From an uncultured Candidatus Entotheonella sp. (GTDB taxonomy: Bacteria > Tectomicrobia > Entotheonellia > Entotheonellales > Entotheonellaceae), in assembly GCA_965217185.1 (NCBI GenBank), contig OZ244252.1:3648001-3712000 (forward strand): 64,000 bases of DNA. The letters run 5' to 3'. The notes beneath the pieces were generated by a model. It worked only from the letters and a program-made list of their open reading frames with translations. It was not told the DNA's origin and made no database searches. The translations under genes were made by a program, and so were the position numbers. How positions within the stretch are numbered: the first letter of the stretch is position 1; each line of letters begins with the position of its first letter. Shown here in pieces: positions 9,880-21,523 of this stretch.

Positions 9880-11088
9880 ATGATCAGCTATACGCAGGCC
9901 GTGCAGACCATTATCCGCAACCTGCCGCAACCGCTGCCGGAGGAGCGATTGGCGCTGACGGCGGCCCATCAGCGCGTGTTGAGCCGGCCCCTGACCGCGC
10001 CGCACGACATGCCGCCGTTCGATCAATCCCTGATGGACGGCTACGCGCTGCGGAGCCGCGATATCTGCGCGACCGCCCCCGAGCGGCCCGTGCGCCTGAC
10101 GCTGGGCGTAACGCTCACCGCGGGGGAGTATTTGGAGCAGCCGCTGAAGCCGCATCAGGCGGTGAGCATCATGACCGGGGCACCGATACCGTCTGGTGCC
10201 GACGCCGTCTTAAAGATGGAAGACAGTGAGGTGGAGGGCAGCGATTTGTTGGTCCGGCAGCCGCTTGGCAGGTGGGTGAACGTTCAGCGGCGCGGCGACG
10301 AGATTCGGCGCCGCACGGTTGTGCTGCCCCGGGGAGAGCGTCTGACGCCGCAGCGCATCGGCACGGCGTTAGCCCTCGGTGTCGCCAGCATCGATGTCGC
10401 ACGGCGTCCGCGTCTGGCCCTGGTGGCACCCGGCGACGAGTTGCTGCCGCCCGGAGCGGCGTTGCAGCCGGCCAAGAAGTGGTGCAGCAACCTGTACGCC
10501 CTGGAGCTTCGAGCCCAGGAGTTGGGCTGCGCCAGCGTCAATCTGGGTATCGTGCCGGACACCCTCGGCAGCCTGGCGGAGGCATTGCGGCGCGGGCTGG
10601 AAAACGACATCGTCGTCATTCTCGGCGCCTCGGGACGCGGCCAGCATGATTTTGCCGCGCGCGCTATGACCGCTGTGGGGGCTGACATCCTGTTTCGCGG
10701 CGTCGCCGCCAATCCGGGCCGCGGCGTCACCGTTGCGCGCCACCGGCAAACGCTGATCATGGGCCTTCCCGGATCGCCTTGGGGTGCCTTTGTGGGGTTT
10801 GAAACCTTCGTGCGGCCCGCCATCCGAACGCTGTTGGGGCAACACCCCATTCCCCGCGGGCTCACGGCCACTGTCAGGGCCGCGGTGAAGGTACGGCCCG
10901 GCATGACGCACTTCTTTCCCTGCCGCCTGCAACCCGATTTCGAAGGCTGGCAGGCCACACTTCTGGGCAATTTGCTCGACCTGTCACGAGCCGATTCGCA
11001 GCCCCTTGGATTACTGGTCATGTCGCCGCATCGGCGGCTTCTGCGAGCCGGTTCAAGGGCACGAATCCAGCCCCTCACGATGGACTGA
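9880..11088 (+). CDS. moeA: Molybdopterin molybdotransferase MoeA/gephyrin family (divergent)
   Basis: PPFDQSLMDGYA, IMTGAPIPSGADAV, GDEL, GLPGSP. Confidence 0.88.
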   Translation: MISYTQAVQTIIRNLPQPLPEERLALTAAHQRVLSRPLTAPHDMPPFDQSLMDGYALRSRDICATAPERPVRLTLGVTLTAGEYLEQPLKPHQAVSIMTGAPIPSGADAVLKMEDSEVEGSDLLVRQPLGRWVNVQRRGDEIRRRTVVLPRGERLTPQRIGTALALGVASIDVARRPRLALVAPGDELLPPGAALQPAKKWCSNLYALELRAQELGCASVNLGIVPDTLGSLAEALRRGLENDIVVILGASGRGQHDFAARAMTAVGADILFRGVAANPGRGVTVARHRQTLIMGLPGSPWGAFVGFETFVRPAIRTLLGQHPIPRGLTATVRAAVKVRPGMTHFFPCRLQPDFEGWQATLLGNLLDLSRADSQPLGLLVMSPHRRLLRAGSRARIQPLTMD

Positions 11089-11198
11089 TCAGGCGTTTAT
11101 TGCAATTTGCAAATTTGCCTTGCACGATGTTTTCGTTGCGCATATCCTATGCGGCATGCCTGCATTGGCGAGGCCAGATTGTACCCTCCAACGACCTA

Positions 11199-11211
11199 CA
11201 ACCCATTGATT
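11199..11211 (-). promoter_or_regulatory. Putative IHF site upstream of nrdJ
   Basis: Minus strand AATCAATGGGTTG matches WATCAANNNNTTR. Confidence 0.35.
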
Positions 11212-11228
11212 TATAAAGAGGTAATTCA

Positions 11229-13997
11229 GTGAACAGCGCAGTTCCTCCCGCCACTACCCTCCCCGCCCCTGATCCAACTTCTTCCGGGAATTCGACGCCT
11301 GCGAACGCCTCTCTTGGCCTGTCGATGCAGCGCTATTTCACCCATCCCGACGTGCATCCTTACGACGCCGTGGCGTGGGAAAATCGTCACGCTTTGATTA
11401 CCGGCGAAAATGGGCGTGCGGTGTTCGAACAGCGCGACGTGGAATTCCCCGAAACGTGGTCACAGTTGGCAACCAACGTGGTGGCCTCGAAGTACTTCCG
11501 CGGGCCGCTCGATTCCCCCCGGCGCGAACGCTCGGTACGCCAGGTGCTCGACCGAGTTGTCCGCACCATCACCACTTGGGGCGACGGCGACGGGTACTTT
11601 GCCAGCAAGCAGGATGCGGAAATTTTTTCGCATGAGTTGACCCACATTCTGCTGCACCAGAAGGCGTCGTTCAACTCTCCGGTGTGGTTCAACATCGGGG
11701 TGGAGGGCACGCCGCCGCAGGCGAGTGCCTGCTTCATCATTTCCGTGCACGACGACATGCACGCCATCCTGGATTGGTACCGGCAGGAAGGCGTCATTTT
11801 CAAAGGCGGCTCAGGGTCGGGCGTCAATCTCTCCCGCCTGCGGGCCACCGGCGAATCCCTTTCGGGCGGTGGCACGGCCTCCGGCCCGCTTTCCTTCATG
11901 CGGGCCGCAGACGCCTCCGCCGGCGCCATCAAATCCGGCGGCACGACGCGGCGCAGTGCCAAAATGGTGCTCCTCAACGCCGACCATCCCGACATCGAAG
12001 CCTTCATCCGCTGCAAGGCGGTTGAGGAAAAAAAGGCCCACTCGCTCATCGACGCCGGGTACGATGCTTCCCTGGACGGTGACGCTTACGGCACCGTCAG
12101 CTTCCAAAACGCCAACAACTCGGTGCGGGTGTCCGATGCGTTCATGCGCGCGGTGGCTGAAGACAACGAGTGGCAAACCCGTTATCGCATCTCCGGTGAG
12201 CCTGCCAAGACCTATCAGGCCCGCGACCTGCTGCGGCAGATCGCCGAGGCGACCTGGGCCTGCGGCGACCCCGGCATTCAGTTCGACGACACCATCAATA
12301 GCTGGCACACGTGTCCCGCCGCCGGACGCCAGGAGGCCACGAACCCGTGTGCGGAGTACTGCTGGATCAACGACAGCGCCTGCAACCTCTCCTCGCTCAA
12401 CCTGATGCAATTCCTCGATGATGACGGGACGTTCGACATCGAAGCCTTCCGCCACACCGTGCACGTGATGATCCTGGCGCAGGAAATCCTCGTCGGCCAC
12501 GCCAGCTACCCCACCCCGGCCATTGAGCGCAACAGCCACGACTACCGCACCCTGGGTCTCGGCTACGCCAACCTCGGGGCGCTGCTGATGGCCCGCGGCT
12601 TGCCCTACGACTCGGACGCGGGCCGCGCCTATGCCGGCACCGTCACCGCCCTGATGACCGGCCAGGCGTATCTGACCAGTTCGCAAATCGCCGCTGCGCA
12701 AGGACCCTTCGCCGGCTACGCGGACAGCCGCAAGCCCATGCTGAAGGTGATTAAGCGGCATCGGGAGAGTTACCACGGCACACAGCACGAATCCCTCCCG
12801 CCGCCGCTGCAGGAAGCCGCACAGCAGGTGTGGAGCGAGTGCTACGCTCACGGCAAGCAGCACGGCTACCGCAACGCGCAGGTAACCCTGTTGGCGCCCA
12901 CCGGCACCATCGCGTTCATGATGGACTGCGATACCACCGGCATCGAGCCCGACCTGGCGCTGGTGAAATACAAGAAGCTCGTCGGCGGCGGCGAGCTGAA
13001 GATCGTCAACAACACGGCCCCGCGCGCCCTGACCTGCCTCGGCTACACGCCGCAGCAGATCGACAACCTCGTACAATACATTGACGAGCACGGCACCATG
13101 GAAGGCGCGCCCGACCTCCAGGAGGACCATCTGCCGGTCTTTGACTGCGCCTTTCCCGCCATGCCCGGGGGCCGCTCGATTCATTACAGCGGGCACCTGC
13201 GCATGGTGGCGGCGGTGCAGCCGTTCCTGTCGGGGTCGGTGTCGAAGACGATCAACGTGCCCAACCAGGCCACGGTGGCCGACATCGAGCAGGCGTACAT
13301 CGACGCCTGGGGCCTCGGCATCAAGTGCGTCGCCATCTATCGCGACGGCTGCAAGCGCACCCAGCCACTCAACACCAAGGCGGCCGAACCGGAAACCGCA
13401 GCGGCACCGAGCAGGCCCATGCGGCGGCGGCTGCCGGACGAGCGTCCGGCCATCACCCACAAGTTCTCGATTGCAGGGCACGAAGGCTATATCACGGTTG
13501 GCATGTTCGAGGATGGGACGCCCGGCGAAATTTTCCTGGTCATGGCCAAGGAGGGCAGCACCATCTCCGGGCTGATGGATGCCTTCGCCACCTCGATTTC
13601 GCTGGCTTTTCAGTACGGCGTGCCGCTGCGGGCGTTGATCGACAAGTTTAGCCACATGCGCTTCGAGCCTGCCGGGTTCACCCAAAACACCGAGATTCCC
13701 ATCGCCAAGTCGGTGATGGATTACATCTTCCGCTGGCTGGCCTCCAAATTCCTCGATCAGGAAGAACGCGCCCAAATCGGTGTCATCGACCGGGACGGCC
13801 TGGAGCAGGCCGCCGAACCGGTGACACCCAAGGAGGCAACGAACGGCCACCACACGCCCTTGGGGACCACCGAGAAGCCCTATTACTTCCGGCTGCAGGA
13901 AGACGCCCCCTCATGCGCCGACTGCGGCGCCCTGATGATCCGCAACGGCTCGTGCTACAAATGCACCAATTGCGGTGCCACCAGCGGGTGTTCGTAA
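11229..13997 (+). CDS. nrdJ: Adenosylcobalamin-dependent class II ribonucleotide reductase with fused TSCPD domain
   Basis: FNSPVWFN, QASACF, GGSGSG, SGGTTRR, TNPCAE, APTGT, SKTIN, C-terminal CxxC...CxxC GCS. Confidence 0.96.
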   Translation: MNSAVPPATTLPAPDPTSSGNSTPANASLGLSMQRYFTHPDVHPYDAVAWENRHALITGENGRAVFEQRDVEFPETWSQLATNVVASKYFRGPLDSPRRERSVRQVLDRVVRTITTWGDGDGYFASKQDAEIFSHELTHILLHQKASFNSPVWFNIGVEGTPPQASACFIISVHDDMHAILDWYRQEGVIFKGGSGSGVNLSRLRATGESLSGGGTASGPLSFMRAADASAGAIKSGGTTRRSAKMVLLNADHPDIEAFIRCKAVEEKKAHSLIDAGYDASLDGDAYGTVSFQNANNSVRVSDAFMRAVAEDNEWQTRYRISGEPAKTYQARDLLRQIAEATWACGDPGIQFDDTINSWHTCPAAGRQEATNPCAEYCWINDSACNLSSLNLMQFLDDDGTFDIEAFRHTVHVMILAQEILVGHASYPTPAIERNSHDYRTLGLGYANLGALLMARGLPYDSDAGRAYAGTVTALMTGQAYLTSSQIAAAQGPFAGYADSRKPMLKVIKRHRESYHGTQHESLPPPLQEAAQQVWSECYAHGKQHGYRNAQVTLLAPTGTIAFMMDCDTTGIEPDLALVKYKKLVGGGELKIVNNTAPRALTCLGYTPQQIDNLVQYIDEHGTMEGAPDLQEDHLPVFDCAFPAMPGGRSIHYSGHLRMVAAVQPFLSGSVSKTINVPNQATVADIEQAYIDAWGLGIKCVAIYRDGCKRTQPLNTKAAEPETAAAPSRPMRRRLPDERPAITHKFSIAGHEGYITVGMFEDGTPGEIFLVMAKEGSTISGLMDAFATSISLAFQYGVPLRALIDKFSHMRFEPAGFTQNTEIPIAKSVMDYIFRWLASKFLDQEERAQIGVIDRDGLEQAAEPVTPKEATNGHHTPLGTTEKPYYFRLQEDAPSCADCGALMIRNGSCYKCTNCGATSGCS

Positions 13998-14012
13998 AGG
14001 CTTTCAGGAGGT

Positions 14013-14240
14013 ATGATCGTGATATGTCATGACAATCCATGCAGGTTTGTTGGCCAGCAGCTCGCAGATGGGCAAGAACATTTTCGCTACTTTCAGGTTC
14101 GCAACTGTGCTGAAAAAAAGACATGCGGTCATATTCACCCACAACAATTGGAGGCGGAAGATTGCAAAGACAAACATAATCCATGCGACGGGTGGGAGGT
14201 GAGAATCTACACAGAGTTTTCCGTACGAGAAGACCCTTAA
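14013..14240 (+). CDS. Small Cys/His-rich hypothetical protein
   Basis: AGGAGG upstream (better spaced for GTG at 14019); 6 Cys; starts just after nrdJ stop. Confidence 0.4.
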   Translation: MIVICHDNPCRFVGQQLADGQEHFRYFQVRNCAEKKTCGHIHPQQLEAEDCKDKHNPCDGWEVRIYTEFSVREDP

Positions 14241-14249
14241 ACGTTGTTA

Positions 14250-15100
14250 GGGCCTGTTGACATTCACATAGTCTCTCGGCTGTAATGGAAGGGAATACAA
14301 CCCCAATCCATACCAGCCAAGAGGAGGTGGGCGCATGGTGCGAAGAATCCTCAGCGACTCGCAATGGGCGCGTGTGGCGCTGCTGTTACCCGGAAAGGAC
14401 GGCGATCCTGGACGATCCGCAAGAGACAATCGGGAGTTCCTCGAAGCCGTTTTGTGGATTGCTCGTACCGGTTCGCCGTGGCGTGACTTGCCCGACGAGT
14501 TCGGGCTGTGGAACTCGGTCTTTCAACGCTTCCGCAGGTGGGCACTCAAAGGCGTCTTCGAGCGCGTTTTCAAGGTCTTGTCGGTCGATGCCGACTTCGA
14601 GTACGTGCTCATCGACGGCACCATCGTGCGCCTCCATCAACACGGTGCCGGGGCAAAAGGGGGACCCAAAGCCAAGCCATCGGTCGCTCGCGAGGGGGGC
14701 CAAGCACGAAGATCAGCGTGATGGTCGACGCCCTGGGCAACTTGGTGGATTTTGTGCTGCTGCCGGGCCAGCGCCATGATTTGATCGGTGTTGCTGCCTT
14801 GCTTGATGGCGTCGAGTTCGAGGCGCTGATTGCAGACCGGGCCTACGACAGCAACGCCCTGCGCGACGAGTTGAAAGAGCGCGGTGCGACGGCGGTGATT
14901 CCCCCCAGATCGAATCGCGTCGATGAGATCGACTACGACCGGGAGATGTACAAGTGGCGTCATCTGGTGGAGAATTTCTTTTGTAACCTCAAGCAGTTCC
15001 GTCGTCTTGCGATGCGTTTTGAGAAGACGGATGTGAGCTACGCCGCGATGATACATGTGGTGAGTTCTCGCTTGGCACTTGCCTAAATGTCAACAGGCCC
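14250..15100 (+). mobile_element. 851-bp IS5-family (IS427 group) element with TA target duplication
   Basis: IRs GGGCCTGTTGACATT / AATGTCAACAGGCCC flanked by TA on both sides. Confidence 0.95.
14335..15086 (+). CDS. IS5 transposase, orfA/orfB joined by probable programmed -1 frameshift
   Basis: orfA LSDSQW..RTGSPWRDLP..IDGT; orfB IGRSRGG..ADRAYD..YKWRHLVENFF; slippery AAAAGGGGG at 14655-14663. Confidence 0.9.
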
Positions 15101-15137
15101 TAGCAAAACTGCACTCGTAACGGAAAGATTGTCTGGG

Positions 15138-16624
15138 GAGCCTTTTGCAAAACTGTGGAGTCGTCGGGAATTATTGAGGGTAAGAGGTTGACTTAAACGG
15201 GACAGGCTGTCTTTGCTTCATGTCATGTATTGTGCGACCACCACGTGAAGGAGAAAACGGCCATGTCCCTGCGTACGATCCTATCGAATTACGGCTTCGC
15301 CTTGCAACGAGAGCTTTTCCCCACGCTCGAAGAAGAACTCGGTCCCTTGGGCGAGCGCTACGAGTTATTCGTCACGGTGCTCGGGTTCGTGCCGGTTGAG
15401 CCATTCCTGACGTGCTGGCGTGGCTTGCCGGGGCGCCCGCAGGCGGATCGTGCGGCGCTGGCACGAGCCTTCAGCGCCAAGGCGGTGTTCGCCATCTCGA
15501 CCACCCGCGCGCTCGTTGAGCGCCTTGTCATCGACCGGCCGCGGCGTCGCCTGTGCGGCTGGAGCCAGGGCGCGGCGGTCCCCAGCGAGGCGACCTTGTC
15601 GCGGGCCTTCAGCGACTTCGCTGACAGCGCCTTGCCAAGCCGCCTGCACGAGGCGCTGATCGACAAGACCTTGCGCGATCATCTGGTCGGCCACGTCTGA
15701 CGCGATTCGACGGCGATCTTGGGGCGCGAGAAGCCAGCCCCGAAGCCGCACCAAGCGGCTACGCCGAAACGCCGCCGCGGACGACCGCGCAAGGCTGAAC
15801 AACGACTGGACAAGGCGCCCCGAAGGCTGGCGCGCCAGTCCAACATGATCCTGCCGGAGAGGCTCGCCGACCTGCCACGCACCTGTGATGTTGGCGTCAA
15901 GCGGGACGCCAAGGGACATCAGGAATCATGGAGCGGCTACAAGTTGCATGTCGACGCAGCCGATGGCGGCGTTCCACTCAGTTGCATCCTGACCTCGGCC
16001 TCGTTGCATGACAGCCAAGTGGCGATTCCCCTGGCGACCCTGACGGCCGCACGAGTCACCAACCTCCATGACCTGATGGACTCGGCTTGTGACGCGCCCG
16101 AGATCAGAGCGCACCGTGAGTCGCTGGGGCATGTTGCAATCATCGACGCCAATCCCCGCAGTGCTTCGCGCAAGCTGGAACGCAAGACCGCGGCGCGGGC
16201 GCAGCGCAGCGTCGGCCACGTCTACGCCGAGCAGTTACGCTACCGTGAGCGCACCACCGTCGAGCGTGTCAAGGGTCGTCTCAAGGACGAGTTCGGCGGT
16301 CGCCAAGTCCGCGTGCGAGGTCACGCCAAGGTGCTGTGCCACCTGATGTTCGGCATTGTGGCGCTGGCGGTGTCGCAGTTGATGCGCCTGTTGAACTGAA
16401 ACCGACTTGCTTCCACCCCTCACCTCTTGCAGGCGTCCTGTCTCGGCAGGGCCACACCGGACAGGTTTGCTCATACACCGTCAAGGAAACCTCATTGTCG
16501 CTGGATTGTGGCCGCTGAGAAGTGCTGCAGATGCCCTGACGACGTATCCGATGCCGAAACATCCCCAAATATCAAATCCGAAAACTTCGCTCTCGACGTT
16601 CCGTTAGGGTTTTGCAAGTGGCTC
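15138..16624 (+). mobile_element. 1487-bp IS (IS5/IS1182-like), copy 2
   Basis: Same IRs, length and ORF set as 8350-9836, opposite orientation. Confidence 0.95.
15263..16399 (+). pseudogene. DDE transposase with in-frame TGA at 15698-15700
   Basis: GHV*RDSTAILGREKP; same lesion as copy 1. Confidence 0.9.
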
Positions 16625-16797
16625 AAGGGGTCTCACTATATCCAAGCGGCGCCGCGCCGGGCAAGTCGTCCGGTCTGGAAACGGAGCCAGTCAAACGTTA
16701 TAGTGGTACGTTCATTTCTTACCTAATCGTAAACAGGAAGACACGTGCCGCAGGGGCGTTGGTACAACGCCGATGTTGGATGAAGGAGACGTCGAAT

Positions 16798-17679
16798 ATG
16801 GCCGAGACACAGTTTACCTTGAAGACGGGCTTGGCGGAGATGCTCAAGGGGGGCGTCATCATGGACGTCACCACTGCCGACCAGGCCAAGATTGCTGAAG
16901 ATGCGGGTGCGGTAGCCGTCATGGCGTTGGAGCGCGTGCCGGCGGATATCCGGGCACAAGGCGGCATCGCGCGCATGGCCGATCCGACGAAAATCCGCGA
17001 GATCATGGCGGCGGTGTCGATTCCCGTGATGGCCAAGGCGCGCATCGGGCACTTTGCGGAAGCCCAGATTCTGCAGGCGCTGGGCGTCGACTACGTTGAC
17101 GAGAGCGAAGTGCTGACGCCGGCGGATGAAGCCCATCACATTGATAAATTCGCGTTTCGCGTGCCCTTCGTCTGCGGGGCGCGCAATTTGGGCGAGGCGC
17201 TGCGCCGCATTGCCGAGGGCGCGGCCATGATCCGAACCAAGGGGGAGGCGGGCTCCGGCAACGTCGTCGAGGCCGTGCGCCACATGCGCGCCGTGCAGGG
17301 CACCATGCGCAAGCTGACGATCCTGGGTGACGAGGAACTGATGGCGGCCGCCAAGGAACTCGAGGCCCCCTACGAGCTCGTCAAGATGGTGGCGCAAACC
17401 GGCAAGCTGCCGGTGCCGAACTTTGCCGCCGGCGGGGTGGCGACGCCGTCCGACGCCTCGCTCATGATGCAACTCGGCGCCGAGTCGGTCTTCGTGGGCT
17501 CGGGTATTTTCAAGTCGGGCGACCCGCCGCGCCGCGCCGACGCCATCGTGCAGGCGACTACGCACTACCTCGACGCCGACCTGCTGGCGCGCGTGTCCGA
17601 AGACCTCGGCGAGGCCATGGTGGGGATCGACATCAGCCGCCTGGACGACAGCGAGTTGTTGCAGACACGAGGCTGGTGA
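16798..17679 (+). CDS. pdxS: Pyridoxal 5'-phosphate synthase lyase subunit
   Basis: [42 protein letters not shown]-terminal RGW. Confidence 0.98.
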   Translation: MAETQFTLKTGLAEMLKGGVIMDVTTADQAKIAEDAGAVAVMALERVPADIRAQGGIARMADPTKIREIMAAVSIPVMAKARIGHFAEAQILQALGVDYVDESEVLTPADEAHHIDKFAFRVPFVCGARNLGEALRRIAEGAAMIRTKGEAGSGNVVEAVRHMRAVQGTMRKLTILGDEELMAAAKELEAPYELVKMVAQTGKLPVPNFAAGGVATPSDASLMMQLGAESVFVGSGIFKSGDPPRRADAIVQATTHYLDADLLARVSEDLGEAMVGIDISRLDDSELLQTRGW

Positions 17680-17685
17680 TTCGAC

Positions 17686-18264
17686 ATGGCGTGTGTCGGC
17701 CTCCTGGCCCTGCAAGGCGATTTCGCCGCACACAAAAAGATTCTTGGCGAACTGGGGGTCGAGTCGAAACTCGTCAAGAAACCCGCCGACCTCGCCGGCG
17801 TTGAGGGACTCATCATTCCAGGCGGGGAAAGCACGACGCTGCTCAAACTCATGGCCCCAGTGGCGATGCGCCCCGCGCTTGAGCAATTCCATGCCCAAGG
17901 CCGACCCATCTTCGGAACCTGCGCGGGCCTCATCCTGCTGGCGCAGGAGACCCTGCCGCGTCAAGAGAGTCTGGGATTCATCGATATTGTGGTGAGGCGT
18001 AACGCCTACGGCAGGCAGATTGACAGCTTTGTGGCGCTGGGAACGCCGCTGACGGACGACCTGAGCGCCGAACCCCTGGAGATGGTGTTCATCCGCGCTC
18101 CGAAGATCGCCCAGATCAATTCCGGGGTGACACCCTTGGCCGAGTGCCGGGGCAAGGTCGTACTGGCTCGGCAGGGCAGTGTCCTCGTTTCCTCCTTCCA
18201 CCCCGAGCTCACGCAAGACCGCCGCGTGCATCAATACTTCCTGCAGATGCTCGCGGCGGGATAA
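17686..18264 (+). CDS. pdxT: Pyridoxal 5'-phosphate synthase glutaminase subunit
   Basis: LALQG, PGGESTT, GTCAG, RNAYGRQIDSF, FHPE. Confidence 0.97.
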   Translation: MACVGLLALQGDFAAHKKILGELGVESKLVKKPADLAGVEGLIIPGGESTTLLKLMAPVAMRPALEQFHAQGRPIFGTCAGLILLAQETLPRQESLGFIDIVVRRNAYGRQIDSFVALGTPLTDDLSAEPLEMVFIRAPKIAQINSGVTPLAECRGKVVLARQGSVLVSSFHPELTQDRRVHQYFLQMLAAG

Positions 18265-18271
18265 AAGCGTA

Positions 18272-18299
18272 ACCGCCGACGCCGAAACGCGCCGGCGGT
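18272..18299. terminator. GC hairpin between convergent pdxT and groEL
   Basis: ACCGCCG...CGGCGGT stem. Confidence 0.45.
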
Positions 18300-18311
18300 C
18301 CACACAGCGGA

Positions 18312-19994
<1,683 letters not shown>

Positions 19995-20001
19995 TCAGAA
20001 C

Positions 20002-20292
20002 CTATTCCAAAACGCCTAAGACGTCGTCTTCACGAATGATCAAATACTCTTCACCGTCAAGCTTCACTTCCGTGCCGGCGTACTTGCCGAAGATGACCTT
20101 GTCACCCTCTTTGACGTCCATGGCCTGCACCTTGCCATCGTCGGAGACGCGACCGGGACCGGCGGCCAGAACCTTGGCCTGCTGCGGTTTCTCCTTCGCG
20201 GTGTCCGGGATGATGATGCCGCCCTGGACCTCTTCTTCTTCTTCCTCCAACCGCTGAACCAGAATGCGGTCGTGCAAGGGACGTAAGCCCAT
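20002..20292 (-). CDS. groES: Co-chaperonin GroES
   Basis: [31 protein letters not shown]. Confidence 0.99.
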   Translation of the reverse strand: MGLRPLHDRILVQRLEEEEEEVQGGIIIPDTAKEKPQQAKVLAAGPGRVSDDGKVQAMDVKEGDKVIFGKYAGTEVKLDGEEYLIIREDDVLGVLE

Positions 20293-20356
20293 AAGTCCTC
20301 TCCTTCCGTCTGATTGTCGTGATTATGTACGTGTCGCGCCTGGGCGCTTCAGCGTA

Positions 20357-20383
20357 TTGGCACTCACCTGTATTGAGTGCTAA
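20357..20383 (-). promoter_or_regulatory. CIRCE operator (HrcA site)
   Basis: Minus strand TTAGCACTC-AATACAGGT-GAGTGCCAA, one mismatch to TTAGCACTC-N9-GAGTGCTAA. Confidence 0.95.
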
Positions 20384-20385
20384 TA

Positions 20386-20414
20386 AAGCTATTAAATTCT
20401 TCTAGGGTTTGCAA
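20386..20414 (-). promoter_or_regulatory. Putative sigma70 promoter of groESL
   Basis: TTGCAA-17 nt-TAGCTT directly upstream of CIRCE. Confidence 0.6.
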
Positions 20415-20510
20415 GAGGACAGGTATTTTTTGTGGTTTGGCCCTACCCGGCTCGTGCTATGGTTGGGTGCTAAACCATATCCGTGCATGGTTGAGGACGC
20501 AGGACGTGTC

Positions 20511-21083
20511 ATGAACCAGTTGGAAGGCAAGAAGACGGTTCTCGCGGTCACCGGAGGCATCGCCGCCTTCAAGGCGTTGGGGGCGTTGCGCCTGCTGAAG
20601 AAGCAGGGGGCTGACGTGTACGTCGTCATGACCGATCATGCCGCCGAGTTTATGGCGCCGGCCGGCTTCGCTATGCTCTCCGGGCATCCGGTCAGCCTGG
20701 ACCAGTTTGCGCCGGCGCACGGTTGGCAGATGGAGCACTTGGCCCTCGCGCAGGGTACGGACCTCGTCCTGGTGGCGCCGGCAACGGCCAACGCCATCGC
20801 CAAACTCGCCACCGGCATCGCGGACGATTTGTTCAGCACGCTGTTTGTGGCCCTGGGGCAACGGGTTCCCACTTTCCTGGCACCGGCGATGAACCCCCTC
20901 ATGTACGGCAATGCCGTTGTGCAGGCACATCTCGACACCCTGCGCGGGCGGGGCATTCAAATCATTGAGCCACGATACGGTCAATTGGCAAGTACAAAGG
21001 AAGGGGAGGGGGTCGGAAGGCTGGCAGAACCGGAAGAGATCGTCGCCGAGGTACTAGCTCACTTGCAGCGGGGCGATGCCTGA
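20511..21083 (+). CDS. Stand-alone HFCD flavoprotein (CoaC/LanD family)
   Basis: VTGGIAAFK, MEHLAL, APATAN, PAMNPLMY; no CoaB domain; clamp reads GQLAS. Confidence 0.85.
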   Translation: MNQLEGKKTVLAVTGGIAAFKALGALRLLKKQGADVYVVMTDHAAEFMAPAGFAMLSGHPVSLDQFAPAHGWQMEHLALAQGTDLVLVAPATANAIAKLATGIADDLFSTLFVALGQRVPTFLAPAMNPLMYGNAVVQAHLDTLRGRGIQIIEPRYGQLASTKEGEGVGRLAEPEEIVAEVLAHLQRGDA

Positions 21084-21106
21084 AGCCGGCGCGGCGGCCT
21101 GAAGGG

Positions 21107-21385
21107 TTAAACTTCTTCGTTCAGCAACACGTCAACGTCGGCGCCTGAAATCATCGTAATGGTGTCCCAGGGGCACTCTTTGGCGCAAATGGTACATCCC
21201 GTGCACACGTCCCAATCGACGATGACGACCTCGTGGGTGCCGTCGCCGGCGTAGGAGGGATCGGCAATTTTATCAATGCAATCGACCGGACAAAAATCAA
21301 CGCACCATTCACAACCGGTGCAACCATCGACATCAATCCAGGCTTTAGGCCGCGGTTTGCGCGCCCGCCTCGCTCGCTCCGCCAC
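21107..21385 (-). CDS. 2x[4Fe-4S] ferredoxin
   Basis: CTGCEWCVDFCP and CTGCTICAKECP; GGAG RBS before GTG. Confidence 0.9.
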   Translation of the reverse strand: MAERARRARKPRPKAWIDVDGCTGCEWCVDFCPVDCIDKIADPSYAGDGTHEVVIVDWDVCTGCTICAKECPWDTITMISGADVDVLLNEEV

Positions 21386-21523
21386 TACGTTTCTCCATGT
21401 ATTGGGTCGGCTCTTGACGTTTACTGCTGAACCGGGCCATTCTAGCGGCCTCGCCGGGCCATTGCAACAGGCGCGGGAGGCGCTGGCAGCACGAGCGCGG
21501 CACCCGGAACGGAGGGCGGCGTG

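Noticed and set aside
11090..11228. Cobalamin riboswitch or NrdR box before nrdJ
   Set aside because: Region is short and I see no convincing consensus match.
11811..13853. Long antisense ORFs (also 35796-38168, 16723-18303, 18609-20039, 58611-60281)
   Set aside because: Shadow frames of well-supported GC-rich genes, with no recognisable motifs.
15698..15700. Transposase TGA as selenocysteine
   Set aside because: The position corresponds to Ser (one change from TCA) and is not a redox motif.
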